From assembly GCA_024137785.1 (NCBI GenBank), contig JAHRHZ010000235.1, positions 62,001 through 126,000 on the forward strand: a stretch of 64,000 bases of DNA. The letters run 5' to 3'. The notes beneath the pieces are model-generated. The model had not been told where the DNA came from. It did not search any database and worked only from the letters and a program-made list of their open reading frames with translations. Made by a program: the position numbers and the translations under genes. Positions 35,791 through 48,870 of the stretch are shown here, in pieces; the first letter of the stretch is position 1; every line of letters begins with the position of its first letter. The stretch comes from Ginglymostoma cirratum. Its lineage: Eukaryota.

Positions 35791-37134
35791 TAAGTCAGTG
35801 TGGAACTGGATGGAAGCTAAGTTATTGGGTTTATATGTCCATGAGCAGTTTGCTTTTTCTGAACATCGCAAAGCAACTTGAGACTTGTTACTGCTGTAGC
35901 AATCTTGGCAACTGGAACGTGTAACATCACAATGTTGAATTGTGACTTATACGTACTGGGTCAATTCTTGGGAGTAAGGAGGTAAGGAAATAGCAGTAGA
36001 ATATATTGCATCTAATTGTTTTAAAAGTCATGATGTACAAGAAACAGAATAGCTCTCGAATTAAGGAATTCTTCATCCCATCATGTCTCTCCTCTGCAAG
36101 TTCAGCTCCAGAGCAATATTTTCTGTATTCTGCAAATGCCATCATTGGATTTAACTCCATGACATTTTGTGAGTTCATTCGAGTGCCTAGCCACCAGATT
36201 TTCTTCATGTCCCCTTTGCTTCTTTTGTGATAACTTTTACATTCATGTTCCCTGGTCTTTGACCTCTAGTGGATGGAAATAACTTTTCTCCACATAATCT
36301 GTCTGGGCCTCATATATGTTTGAATACCTCAGTCAAATCTTCTATCATTCGTATGTGGTTATATTGAATTTTAAATCAATAGCAGCCCATAGGATGTTTA
36401 GGGTTGAGTTCACCTTTGAAGTGGATAGTGTTTATCACTTGTGTGGTGTCACTTAAGCAACTAAAATCTAATTGGGGCTTGACCTGCTTTGTTATTTGAA
36501 GAATTGTGGATACAGCTCAATGCTGTCTGTCATCCCTTTAGCTCTGCAGTCCTCCAAAGCGCCTCTGCTCACCTAATTCTGGCCTCTTGAGCATCTGATT
36601 TTAACTGTTCCACCATTGGAACCTATAACTTAAGTTGCTCAGAACCTAAGGTCTGGAACTCTCTCCCTATCTGCCTATTTACCTGGTTTTGCTCATTTAC
36701 ACCTAACGTTTTGTTCTGGTATCCTATGTGTCTACGTGTTGAAATTTCCTTTATAATTCTCCCCTGAAGTGCCTTAGAATGTTTTCTTATTTACAAATGC
36801 TGTTGTACTCGACAAGTTGTTGATTCTCTCCACTTGTGGCGGGGATGGGAATAATCGCTAATTATTACAAGAGAGAAAATAAAGAGAAACTAATGGGGCT
36901 AAAGGCCAATAAGTCTACTGGACCTGATGGTTCCCTCATCGGGTCTAATGATGTGGAGGTGCCGGGGTTGAACTGTGGTGGACAAGGTCAGAAATCACAT
37001 ACATAAGGATGTATTTGTAAATTCCTACTTTAGAAATAAAACCGGTCTGACTCCAAACTAAAACAAATTCTATTGAATGTATCCAAACAAGGTCTCACTC
37101 CTAACATGCATTGTCTGACCTAAAATGTCACCAT

Positions 37135-37168
37135 TTCTGACGAAGGGTCACCAGACCCGAAACGTTAA
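37135..37168 (+). ncRNA. Minimal type I hammerhead ribozyme motif in a 135-bp insertion
   Basis: CTGACGA (37137-37143), A, perfect helix II GGGTC-ACCA-GACCC, then GAAACGTT with the palindromic AACGTT. Confidence 0.7.
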
Positions 37169-37951
37169 CTGTGTTTTTTCCTTCACAAATGCTGCCAGCC
37201 CTGCTGAGCTTTTCCAGTAACTTTGTTTTTGATCCTGATTTACAGCATCCACAGTTCTTTTGGTTTTTAAAATGTCACCTCTTTTTTGCACTGATTAAAC
37301 CTTTAGTTCTCTCAGGATTGTGACTTGAAAGGAATTTGTGGATTTACATATACATATTAATCAATTAAAATCTTTGAACTGAATAAAGATTTAACAGCAT
37401 CTTAGCTTTGTTTGGTACATCCTTATCAATGTTGTGAACCTTTGATTTTTTACTTATAAATTCTGATACTACTCTCTCACCAACAACCGAAGAAAAGTTG
37501 AGGCTCCAAAAGCTTGTGTTTTCAAATAAACCTATTGTCGTGTGATTTCTGACCTCATAAGATCTTAGAGGAACGATCTAAAAGATAATGGATGAACTGG
37601 TCGTAATCTCCCAAAAAAGTCTTTAGATTCTGGAAAAGTCCCAGAGGACTAGAAAACTTTTAATGCAACATCTTAATTCACAAAAGAGGAGAAGACAAAA
37701 AAAAACAAACTGGTAACTGCAGACCAGTTAGCTTAACATCTGTCATTGGGGAAATGTTAGTCCATTGGAAAAGATGTATTGGAAGAGCATTCAGAAATAC
37801 ACAGTAAAATCAGACAGGGTCAGTATGGCTTCATGAAGGGTCAGTCATGCCTGACACATTTAGGAGAATGCTTCGAGGAGGAAATGAGTAGGATCAATCA
37901 AGCGACATACACATGTATGTACGAGGAATTAATAGTAACTCAGGCCGATTA

Positions 37952-38305
37952 AGGGCTGTACATTGGCTCAGTGTTTAGCACTGCTGCCTCACAGCGCCAG
38001 GGACTCGGGTTCAATTGCACCCTTGGGCGACTGTCTGTGTGGAATTTGCACATTCTCCCCATGTCTGCGTGGGTTTCCTCTGCTGGGGTTTCCTCTCATA
38101 TTCCAAAGACGTGCAGGCTGGGGAATTGGCCATGCAGAACTGCCCGTAGTGCTCAGGGATGTGTAGATTAGGTGTGTTAGCCATGGGAAAAGCAGGGTTA
38201 CAGGGAAAGGGTTAGAGGGATGGGTCTGGGTAGGATGCTGTTCAGAGGTTCGGTTGGACTTGTTGGGCCAAATGGCCTGTTTCCACACTGTAGGGATTCT
38301 ATGAT
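37952..38305 (+). mobile_element. HE1-type V-SINE
   Basis: A box TGGCTCAGTG, B box GGTTCAATTGC, V-domain, and tail CTGTAGGGATTCTATGATTCTA. Confidence 0.85.
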
Positions 38306-38309
38306 TCTA

Positions 38310-39990
38310 GTTCTGCTGACATCGTCATAAATCTTTGTTTGCACACGTTCCAGTTTAACGATGTCTTTCCTATGACAGGGTGACCAAAACTGTCCACAAT
38401 ACTCCAAGTACGGCCTCACCAACAACTTACACAACTGTAACGTAACATCCCAATTCCTACACGCAATGCCTCAACTGATAAAGGCCAACTTGCTTCATGC
38501 CTTCTTCACCACCCTGTCTACTTCTGACGCTGCTTTCAATGAATTATGTACTTGTACTTCTACGTTCTTCTGTTCCACAACACTATTTAGGACCTTATCA
38601 TTTACTGCATACGCAGTACCTTGGTTTGGCTTTCCAAAATGCAGCACCTCACACGCACCTCTATTAAATTGCATTTGCCAATCCTCAGACCACATCACCA
38701 TTTGATAAACATCCCTCTGTAACTTTTGATAACCTCCCTCACTGTCGACAATACCTCCTAATTTTGTATCATCCTCAAATAACTAATCATGCCTTGTATA
38801 TTCACGCCCATATAATTTATGTCAATAATAAATAACAAAGGTCCCAGCACCGACCCCCTGTGGTATACCACTAGTCACAGCCTCCAATCCGAGAAAGAAC
38901 CTTCAATTCGAGTCCTTCTTTGTCCATGTGTATTGCAGCCATTGAGAATTGGTTGTGTCTCTTGGTATCTAGGTGGTGTTTGTGTAAACCTATTGCCAAT
39001 TTTCTTCCAGTTTGTCCTATGCAATGTTTTTCACAGTCCTTGCATGGTATTTTGTATATTACGCTAGTTTTATTGGTTTTTGGAACTGGATCCTTTATGT
39101 TCGTCTGTAGCCGTCATAGAGTGGTTGGTGGTTTGGAGGCTACCCTGATACTGAGAGGTCTAAGTAGTCTCGTCGTCATCTCTGATATGTCTCTGGCTAA
39201 ACGGGATCACTTAAACCCAGTGTGTGGTGCCATCTTGTTCCTGACCCCCTCAATATCCTTTGTCAGCCAGGAATCTCTAAACCTGCCAGCTTTTCCCTTC
39301 ACCCTCACAGTGACAACCTGTCCCTGAACTCTTGATACCTTAATTTTAAAAAAAAATTACCATTTGGCAGTCATTCCTTTCCCTTCAAACAGAATCACCC
39401 AGTCAACTTCTGCCAGATCCTGCTTCATGGCTCCAAAATTAGCCCTGCTCCAGTTTAGCACATTAACCTGTAGACCAGTCCTATCTTTTATCGACGACAA
39501 TGTTAAAATTAAGAAAGTTATGGTCACTGGGCCCAACGCTTTCTCTGACTGACACTTCAGTCACTTGCCCAACCTTGTTTCCTAAGAGGAGGTCCAGTGT
39601 TGCACCGTCCTGACTAGGGCCCTTTACGTAGTGATTTAGGACATTTTCTTGGACACATACGACAAATCCCACCCCGTCCAGTGCTTTAACACCGTGGGTG
39701 GCCCAGTCAATACAGGTGGAATTAAACTGTCCAAACAATACTACTCTATTGTTCCTACAGGTATCTGCAATCTCCCTACACACCTGCTTCTCTAGTAGCG
39801 CTAGCTTTTTGGGGGTCTATAATACAGTCCCAAAAGAGTGACAATCCCCTTCTTTTTTCTAAGTTCCAAGCATATGGCATCATTTGATGAGCCCTTAAGA
39901 AAGTCCTCTCTGAGCACTGTTGTTCTGCGCTCCCTTATCAAAAACGCAACTCTCCCTCCTAGCTCCACTCCCTCTGCATTCCACCTCACG
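38310..39990 (-). mobile_element. CR1 LINE fragments (endonuclease and RT)
   Basis: TLLGLYYRPP, ATLDLLLGN...GPSDHN, WSEDWQMQFN...VLHFG and LVRPYLEYCGQFWSP on the minus strand. Confidence 0.85.
38908..39195 (-). mobile_element. GIY-YIG fragment of a different Penelope-like family nested in CR1
   Basis: Manual minus-strand translation gives SVIYKIPCKDCEKHCIGQTGRKLAIGLHKH, the Penelope/Poseidon-type endonuclease signature. Confidence 0.75.
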
Positions 39991-40329
39991 TCACGGTCGG
40001 GTCAACACCTCACTTCCCTGCCCACACATCCGGGACGCCCCAGTGGATTCCACCACCACATATGGGTAATACACCCTCAGCCGTGGGTCGTTCCGCGCCC
40101 GGCCCACCATATCCGGGTCGTACCCCCAACATCCGGGACGTCCTTTCAAACGTGCCACGTCACCATGCTTTCCACTCCACCTTTTCCAAAATCCAGCAAG
40201 TTTCCACGTTCCCCCACAACCGGGTCCTCTCTGCTCTCCATCGCTTCCCCCAACTGTTTCCACGCACCGTCCTCCACCAAACTTCCCACCGGGGCCGACC
40301 TCCTCCCTCCCACACACCGCTCCACAGAG

Positions 40330-41390
40330 CCTGCGACCTCCCTCCTACACCCCTCTCCCCGGGGCCTGACTCCTCCTTCCTACTCCCCACTCCCCGGGGC
40401 CTGCCTCCTCCCTCCTACATCCCGCTCCCGGGGCCTACCATCTCCTCCCTCCTACACTCCGCTCCCCGGGGCCTACCAACTCTTCACTCCTACACCCCGC
40501 TCCCCGGGGCCTGCCTCCTCCCTCCTACACCCTGCTCCCCGGGCCTGTCTCCCCGTCCTCGCTCCAAACATCCCCCACTAGCCCCCCATCCCCGAAGCCT
40601 ATATCTCCGCTTCTCCTTCCAACCAACCGCCCCCAACCGGGGTTTATCTCCCAGCTCCTCCATCCTACACCACCCGTGGCGCCTATCTCTCCGCATCTCC
40701 CTCCAACCACCTCCATCCCAGAGACCTATTGCCCTGCTCGTCCCTCCTACACCCACTTCCTGGGGCTTATCTCTCCCCTTCTCCCTCCAACAGCCCCCAG
40801 GGCCTATCACCCCGCTCCTCCCTCCAACCACCACCCTCCCCCCAAAGGGCCTATCTCTCCGTTTCTCCCTCCAACTACCCACACCCACCCCGGGGCCTAT
40901 CTCCCTCTCCTCCCTCCTAATACCCCGCGGCCCCAGGGGCCGATATCTCGGCTTCTCCCTCCAGCCACCACTCCCCCAACTGGCACCTATCTCCCCGCTC
41001 CTCCCTCCTACACCACTTTGCCCTCTCGGGACCTGTCTCCCCACTCCTCCCTCTTACACCACCCGCGGGGCCTATCTCTCCGCATCTCCCTGCAACCCCC
41101 CAGCTTCGAGGGACCTAGCTCCCTGCTCCTCCCTCCTACACCCGCTAGCTGGGGCTTACGTCTCCCCTTCTCCCTCTAACCGCCCCCGGGGCCTATCACC
41201 CTGCTCCTCCCTCCATTCACCACAGCCCGCCCCCCCGGGGCCTATCTCTCCGCTTCTGCCCCCAACTACCTATTCTCTTTCCTCCCCCACCCCCAAACCA
41301 GGTCCTATCTCTCCCTGTCCCTCTTAAATTGTCTCCCCGGGGCCTTTCTCCCCGCTATTTCCTCCTACACCCCCCACCCCCATGGTTTAT
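40330..41390. repeat. C-rich degenerate tandem repeat
   Basis: Units of roughly 30-40 bp resembling GGGGCCTATCTCCCCGCTCCTCCCTCCTACACCCC. Confidence 0.85.
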
Positions 41391-41399
41391 CTTTCTGCT

Positions 41400-44300
41400 G
41401 TGATGGGTGTCATTCAGGTCTCGGACTTGTGGTAGTGTGCGGTTAATGACTCTGTTTTGTGGCTGTGTCAGGTTGCTTCTAGCAGTGTGCGGTAACAGGG
41501 CTTGGTGAATTTGCAGTGGTCGATTAATGACTCTGTCTTGTCATTGTGTCAAGTTGTGTCCTGGGCTTGGTGATCTGGATCAGTGCTCGGTGTTGGGTAA
41601 GGGCTTGATGACGGTGCAGTGTGTGGTATCAGGGCTTGGTGTTGTCGTTTACTGTGCGGTGACAGGGAACGGTGTTGTCGTTTACTGTGTGGTGGCAGGA
41701 CTCAGTGACTTCGTTTACTATGCGGTGGCTGGGCTCAGTGTTTGTGAAGTGTGCAGATCATGGCCTTGTAAACACCGAGCCCTGAATGAGGCAGCTTGTC
41801 AATTTCCGTCGGTGCTGTCTCTCTGTTTGCGTCAGGGCTCGCTGTTGTCTCCGCTGTCTGGACACGGTATTGTGGCTGTGTCTGGTTGTACGTTCACTGT
41901 GTGCGGGAACAAGGCTTGGTGTTTATTTTTGCGTGTGCAGATCGTGACTTGGTGTTTAAGTGGCTGCGTAAACACGGAGCCCTGAACAAGGCACTGAGGC
42001 AAGTTGTCCCGGAGTCTTGGTGTTTTCTCGCTGTTTGTCTCAGGGCTCGGTGTTTTCAGTGTGACAGGTCGATCCTTGGCAGAGAGTAGTTCAGGGCTTC
42101 GTGTTTATGCTGTGTGCGGTAACTGGGCTTGGTGTTTTTGAACATGTGCGGTAAGAGGGTTCGGGGATTGTTTTTAATGTGCGCTAACAGGGCTTTTTGT
42201 TTCTGCCATGTGTGGTGACACGGCTTGGTGATTTTTTTAGCGTGCGGTAACAGGTCTCGGTGTTTTTGAAGTGTCTTTGCCAAGACTCGGTGTTGCAATG
42301 CTGTCATTTTCAGTGTATTTGACTGTGTTTCACTGTTTGAAATATATGCTTCAGGACTTGCTGTTTTTCAGGGTGTGGGTCAGGATTCTGTCTTGTCGGA
42401 GAGTCTGTTTCAAAGGTCAGTGTTGTCTAGCTGGCTGTTTCTGGGCTCATTGCCGTTGAAGTGTGTGTTTCAGGGCTTGGTGCGTTTGAAATGTCTGGAT
42501 CGAGATACTCAGCCGTGTTATGGACATTTATCCAACACCAAGCACTGATTTAGACACTCCAACAAGGCCGAGTCCTTCACCACACAGTTACATAACACTC
42601 TGACCTGATTCAAAATCTCCGAAAACACAGAACCCTGAATAAGGCTTGGTGGTTTTGCAATGTGTGGTAACAGGTTTGGTATTTTTTCAATGCACGGTAA
42701 CAGATTTTGAAGGGTTCGATTAATGACTCTGTATTGTCGCTGTGTCATTTGGTTCGTTCAGAGTGTGTGGTTCAGGGCATGGTGTTTTTCTGAGCATTCG
42801 GTAACAGGGCTTGGTGTTTTTGAAGTGTGCGGTAACAGGATTTGTGTTTATGCAACTGTACGGGAACAGGGATTTGTGTTTTTGCACTGTGCAGGAATAG
42901 GGTCTGGTGTTTTTGAAGTGTGTGGTTCATGGCAGCGAAAGCACGGAGCCCTGAACGAGGCACTGATGCAAGTTGTCGCTGTGTCTTGATGCTGTCGTGC
43001 TGTTGGTTTGTGCTTGGTGTTTTCGGTCTGTCAGGTTATTCGTTCGCAGTGTGCAGTAACAGAGATGTGGTGTTTTTGGACTGGGTGGTGACTGGAGTGA
43101 AAATACCGATCCGTGAACAAAGCACTGAGACAAAATGTCACTTTGTTTCGGTGGTGTTTTCAGTGTTTATGCCAGGGCTCGGTGTTTTCGGTGTGTCAGG
43201 TTATTCATTCGCAGTGTGCAGAAACAGGGATTGATGGTGAATTTTGCTGTGTGGTAGGGGGGCTTGTTGTTGTCTTTTACTGTGCTGTAGCAGGGCTTGG
43301 TGTTTGTGAAATGTGGGGGCCATAGCTGAGTAAACACCGAGCCCTGAACAAGGCACTGAGGCAAGTTGTCGCTGTGCCTCGTTTGTGTCGCTCTGCTTGT
43401 GTCAGGGCTCACTGTGTGGATTCGGTATTGTGGCTGTGTCAGGTTGTACGTTCAGTGTGTGCTGGAACAGCGCTTGGTGTTTTTTTAGTGTGCGGATCAT
43501 GACTTGGTGTTGGTGAAGTGTGGGGATGATGGCTGCGTAAACAGGAGCCCTGAACAAGGCACTGAGGCAAGTTGTCACTGTGTCTTGGTGCTTTCTCGCT
43601 GTTTGTCTAAGGGCTCGGTGTTTTCGGCATCACAAGTTGATCTTGGCAGAGAGCAGTTCAGGGCTTCCTGTTTATGCTGAGTGCGGTTATAGGGTTTGTG
43701 GTTTTTGAACGTGCAGTAACAGGGATTTGTGTTTTTGCACTGTGCGGGAACAGGGCTTGGTGTTTTTGAAATGTGCAGATCATGGCTTGGTGTTTGCGAA
43801 GTGTGCTGTTCAAAGCTGTTAAAACACAGACCCCTGAACAAGACACTGAGGCGAATTTTCGCTGTGTTTCGGTGTTCTACTGTTTGTGTCAGCGCTTGTT
43901 ATTTTCGTTGTGTCAGGTTGTTTGTTCGTCGTGGGCATTAACAGGGCTTTTTTTAAATTTCGCGTTAACATGGCTTTTTTTTATTGTGTGGATCATGGCT
44001 TTGTGTTGGTGTAGTGTGCGGATCATGGCTGCGTAAACACCGAGCCCTGAACAAAGCAGTGAGACAAATTGTCACTATCTCTTGGTGCTGTGTCTCTGTT
44101 TGTGTCAGGGCTCACTGTTGTCTCGCTGTCTGGACTCCGTATTGTGGCTGTGTCAGGTTGCACGTTTGCAGTGTGAGGTAACAGGGCTTGGCGATGTTGC
44201 TGTGTGCGGGAGCAGATAGCCTTGGCCGTGTTGCCATGTGCCGGAGCAGCTGGCCTTGGCGGTGTTGCCATGTGCTGATCTTGGCTGATAAAACACTGAG

Positions 44301-47300
44301 CCCTGAAGAATTTAGTGAGGCAAGTTATCACTGTTTCTCGGTGCTGTCGCGCTGTTTGATGCAGGGTTCACTGTGCGGACTTGGTATTGTGGCTGTGTCA
44401 GGTTATTCGTTTGCAGTGTGCGGTAACAGGGCTTGGTGATTTTGTCGTGTGTAGTAACAGGACTTGAAGTGTGCGGATCGTGGCTTGATGTTTGTGAAGT
44501 GTGAGGATCATGGTTGCGAAAACACCGAGCCTTGAAAAAGGCACTGAGGCAAGTTGTCGCTATGTCTTGGTGGAATCGTACTGTTTGTGTCAGTGTTTTC
44601 GGTCTGTCAATGTTTTCGGTGTGACAGGTTATTCTATCAGTGTGCAGTAACAGGGCTTGTGATTTTGTCGCGTGCAGTAATAGGACTTGGTGTTTTTGAT
44701 GTATGCATGGACAGGGCTTGGTGTTATTGACGGGTCCGGATCATGGTTGCAAAAACACTGAGGCAAACTGCCGCTGTGTCTCGGTGGTGTGATACTGTTC
44801 GTGTCAGGGCTCGGTGCTTTTGGTGTGTCAGGTGGTTCGTTGGGAGTGTGCAGTTCAGGGCTCAGTTATTAAATTAGTGTGCGGTAACAGGGCTTGATGT
44901 TTTTTTCTTATACTGTGCATAAAACAGGGCATGGAGTATGCACACTATAAAAAGAGAAACACCAAGCCCTGTTACCACTCACTAATTTAAACACCGAGCC
45001 CTGAAACGCACTCTGCCAACGGACAACCTGATACACCAAAAAACACACTTGAAGTGTGCGGGTCATGGCTTGATGTTTGTGAAGTGTGTAGATCATGGTT
45101 GCGAAAACACTGAGCCCTGAACGAGGCACTGAGGCAAGCTGTCGCTGTGTCTCGTTGCTGTCCGGCTGTTTGTCCGGGCTCGCTGTTTTTGGTATATCAG
45201 GTTGTCCGTTGGCAAAGTGCGTTTCAGGCCTCGGTGTTTAAATTAGTGTGTGGTAACAGGGCTTAGTGTTTTTCTTTTTATAGCGTTCATAAAACAGGGT
45301 ATGGTGTTTATGCTGTGTGTGGAAACAGGGCTTTGTGCCTTTTTTTAGTGTGCGGATCATGTCATAGTGTTTGTGAAGTGTGCGGATGATTTCTGCAAAT
45401 ACTCCGAGGTCTGAACAAGGCAGAAGGGCAAGGTGTTTCAGTGTCTCGGTGCCTTCTAGTTGTTTGTGTCAGGGCTCGGTGTTTTTGGTCTGTCAGGTTG
45501 TTTCCGTACACTGCGAACGAACAGAGCTTGGTGTTTGTGCACAGTGCGGGAACAGGGCTTGACGCTTTTGAAATCATGGCCGTGAAAAGATCGAGACGAG
45601 AACAAGGCACTCAGGCAAGTTGTTGCTGTATCTCGGTGCTGTCGCACTGTTTGTGTCAGTGTTGTTGGTCTGTCAGATGTTTTCAGTCTGTCAGATTGTT
45701 CGTTGGCAGAGTGCTGTTCAGGTCTCGGTGTTTAAATTAGTGCATGCTTACAGGGATTGGGGTTTCTGATGTGTGCGTTAACAGGGCTTGATGTTTTTCT
45801 GAAGTGTGCAGATCACTTCTGCGAAAACATCGAGCCCTGAACAAGGCACTGAGGCAAGCTGTCGCTGTTTCTCGCTGCTGTTCATCTGTTTGTGTCAGGA
45901 CTCGGTCGGTTTGGTGTGTCAGGCTATTGGCTCACAGTGTGTGGTAACAAGGCTTCGTGTTTGTGAAGTGTGCAGATCATTGCTGTGGAAACCCCAAGCC
46001 CTGAACATGGCAATGAGGTAAGTTGTCGCTGTGCCTCGGCGCTGTCGCTCTGTTTGTGTCAGGGCTCACTGTTGTCTCGCTGTCTGGACACGGTATTGTG
46101 TTTGTGTCAGGTTGTACGTTCACTGTGTGTGGAAACAAGGCTGAGTGTTTTTTTTTAGTGTGCCGTTCGTGACTTGGTGTTTCTTAAGCGTCCGGGTCCT
46201 GCCTGCGAAAACACAGAGGGCTGAACAAGGCACTGAGGCAAATTGTCACTGTGCCTCGGTGGGGTAGCGCTGTTTGTGTCAGGGCTCAGTGTTTTCGGTG
46301 TGTGGGCATGAAGAATCACTGTATTTAAATTATCTCTTTCAGGGATTGGTGTCGTCTCGCTGACTGTTCCGGGGTTTGATGTGGTTGCAGAGCCTGCTTC
46401 ACGGCTCCATGTTTTCCAAGTGACCATTTCTAGGATCTGTGTTTTCTCGAGATTCTGTTTCAGGGCTTAGTGTTGTATGACTCTATGGTGAATAGCTCAG
46501 TGTTGTTCAAGTGTTTATTCTAGTTCTTGGTGTTGCATAAGTGTCGGGTACACGGCTGAGTATCTTGATACAGACACTGAAAACGGTCCATGCACTGAAA
46601 CATACATTTGAACTGCAGCGAGTCCTGAAACTGCCAGCGGAGATAACACCGATCGTTGAAACAGACTCTGCGAAAAATCAGAATCCTGACCGACCCACTG
46701 AAAACATGAAACACTGAAGCAAACCTTTAAAATGCACAACCTGGGACAGCGACTATACAGAGTCATTAACTGGACAAGAGAAAAAGACCGAGCCCCAAAC
46801 AGATCACTGAGGCAAGCTGCCGCTGTGTCTCGGTGCTGTCCGGCTGTTGGTGTCAGTGCTCGGTATTTTCAGTCTATCAGGCTGTTCATTGGCAGAGTGC
46901 GGTTCAGGGCTTGGAATTTATTAAATGTGCAGTAACAGGGCATGGTGGTTCTCTGTTTATCGTGTGCATAAAACAGGGCATGGAATTTCTGCTATTTGCG
47001 GAAACAGGGCTTGGTGTTTGTGAAGTGTGCGGATGATTTCTGCGAATACTCAGAGCCTTGAACAAGGCATAAGGACAAGCTGTTGCTGTGTCTCGCTGCC
47101 CTGTCTCAGGGATCGGTGTTTTCAGTCTTTCAGGTTGTTCGTATGCAGTGTGTGGGAACAGGGCTTGATGCTTGTGAAGTGTGCTGATTATGGCTTGATG
47201 TTTATGAAGTGTGCTGATCATGGCTGCAAAACCACCGACCTCTGAACATGTCACTGATGCAAGTTGTGGCTGTTTCTCGCTGCTGTTCATCTGTTTGTGT

Positions 47301-48870
47301 CAGGGCTCGGACTTTTTGGTGTGTCAGGTTATTCGTTTGCAGTGTGCAGTTACAGGGCTTGGTGTTTGGGAAGTGTGCGGATCATGGCTGCAAAAACACC
47401 AAGCCCTGAATAAGACACTGATGCAAGTTCTCGCTCTGTCTCCGTGGCATCGCACTGTTTGTGTCAGTGTTTTTGGTCTGTCAGGTGTTTTCTGTGTGTC
47501 AGGATGTTTGTTCAGCGTGCGGTAATAGGGCTTATTTTTGTAATGTGCGGTAACAGGGCTTGGTGTTTTTTTTAAGTGTGCGGACCATGGCCTGGTGTTT
47601 GTGAAGTGTGCGGATAATGGCTGCAAAATTCAGGGCTCCAAGCCCTGAATAAGACACTGTTGCAAGTTGTCGCTGTGTCTCGGTGGTAATCGCATTGTTT
47701 GCGTCAGTGTTTTTGGTCTGGCAGGTGTTTTTGGTGTATGAGGTTGTTCTATGGCAGTGTGCTCGGTGTTTAAGTTAGTATGCAGTAACAGGGCTTGATG
47801 CTTCTGCTGGGTGTGGTAACAAGGCTTTTTTTTTGAAGTGTGCGGATCATGGCTTGGTGTTTGTGAAGCGTGAAGGTGATTTCTGTGAATACTCCGAGCC
47901 CTGACCAAGGCACAAGGGCAAGCTGTTTATGTCTTGGTGCCTTCTACTTATTTGTGGCAGGGCTTGGTGTTTTCAGTGTGCGTGGTTGAGGAATCATTGT
48001 ATTTAAAGTATCTCTTTCAGGGATTGGTGTTGTCTCGCTGTCTGTTCCAGGGTTTGATACGGTTTCAGAGTCTGCTCCACGGCTTGGTGTTTTCCAAGTG
48101 ACTGTTTCAAGGATCTGTGTTTTCTCGAGATTCTGTTTCAGGGCTTGGTGTTGTATGACTCTATGGTGAAGCACTCAGTGTTGTTCAAGTGTTTATTCCA
48201 GTGCTCGGTGTTGGATAAGTGTCGTGTACACGGCTGAGTATCTTGATCCAGACGCTGCAAACGCACCATGCTCTGAAACACACACTTGAACTGCAACGAG
48301 TCCTGGAACAGCCAGCGGAGACAACACCTAGCCTTGTAACAGACTCTGCGAGAAAACAGAATCCTGACCTACCCATTGAAAACATGAAACACTGAAATAA
48401 ACACTTCAAATGCACAACCTGGCATAGCGAAAACACCGAGTCATTAACTGGACTTGATAAAAACACTGAGCCCCGAACAAGGCTCTGTGGCAAGCCATCG
48501 CTGTGTCTCGGTGCTGTTGCACTTTTGGTGTCAGTGCTTGGTGTTTTATTGTTGTCTGGACTTGGTATTGTGGCTGTGTCAGGTTATTCGTTTGTAGTGT
48601 GCGGTAACAGGGCTTGGTGATTTTATTGTCTGCAGTAACAGGACTTGAAGCGAGCGGATCATGGCTTGATGTTTGTGAAGTGTGCGGATCATGGTTGCGA
48701 AAACACCAAGGCCTGAACAAGGCACTGAGGCAAGCTGTCACTGTGTCTAGTTGCTGTCCGGCTGTTTATGTCAGGGCTCGATGTTTTCAGTGTATCAGGT
48801 TGTCCGTTGGCAGAGTGCTGCTCAAGGCTTGGTATTTATTAAGTGTGCAGTAACAGGACTTGGTGTATTC
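41400..48870. repeat. Complex satellite with higher-order and inverted blocks
   Basis: Recurrent motifs GTAACAGGGCTTGGTGTTT and GAGCCCTGAACAAGGCACTGAGGCAAGTTGTCGCTGTG run throughout. Block 46290-46790 recurs at 47965-48480. Confidence 0.9.

Noticed and set aside
40062-41327. 421-aa Pro/Ser/Leu-rich ORF and overlapping ORFs
   Set aside because: It runs through a C-rich degenerate tandem repeat that lacks stops by composition. No domain features.
41400-48870. RSS-like words (CACTGTG, GTTTTTG) and Cys-rich ORFs in the satellite
   Set aside because: I saw no consistent 12/23 spacing, and the ORFs reflect TG-rich repeat composition.
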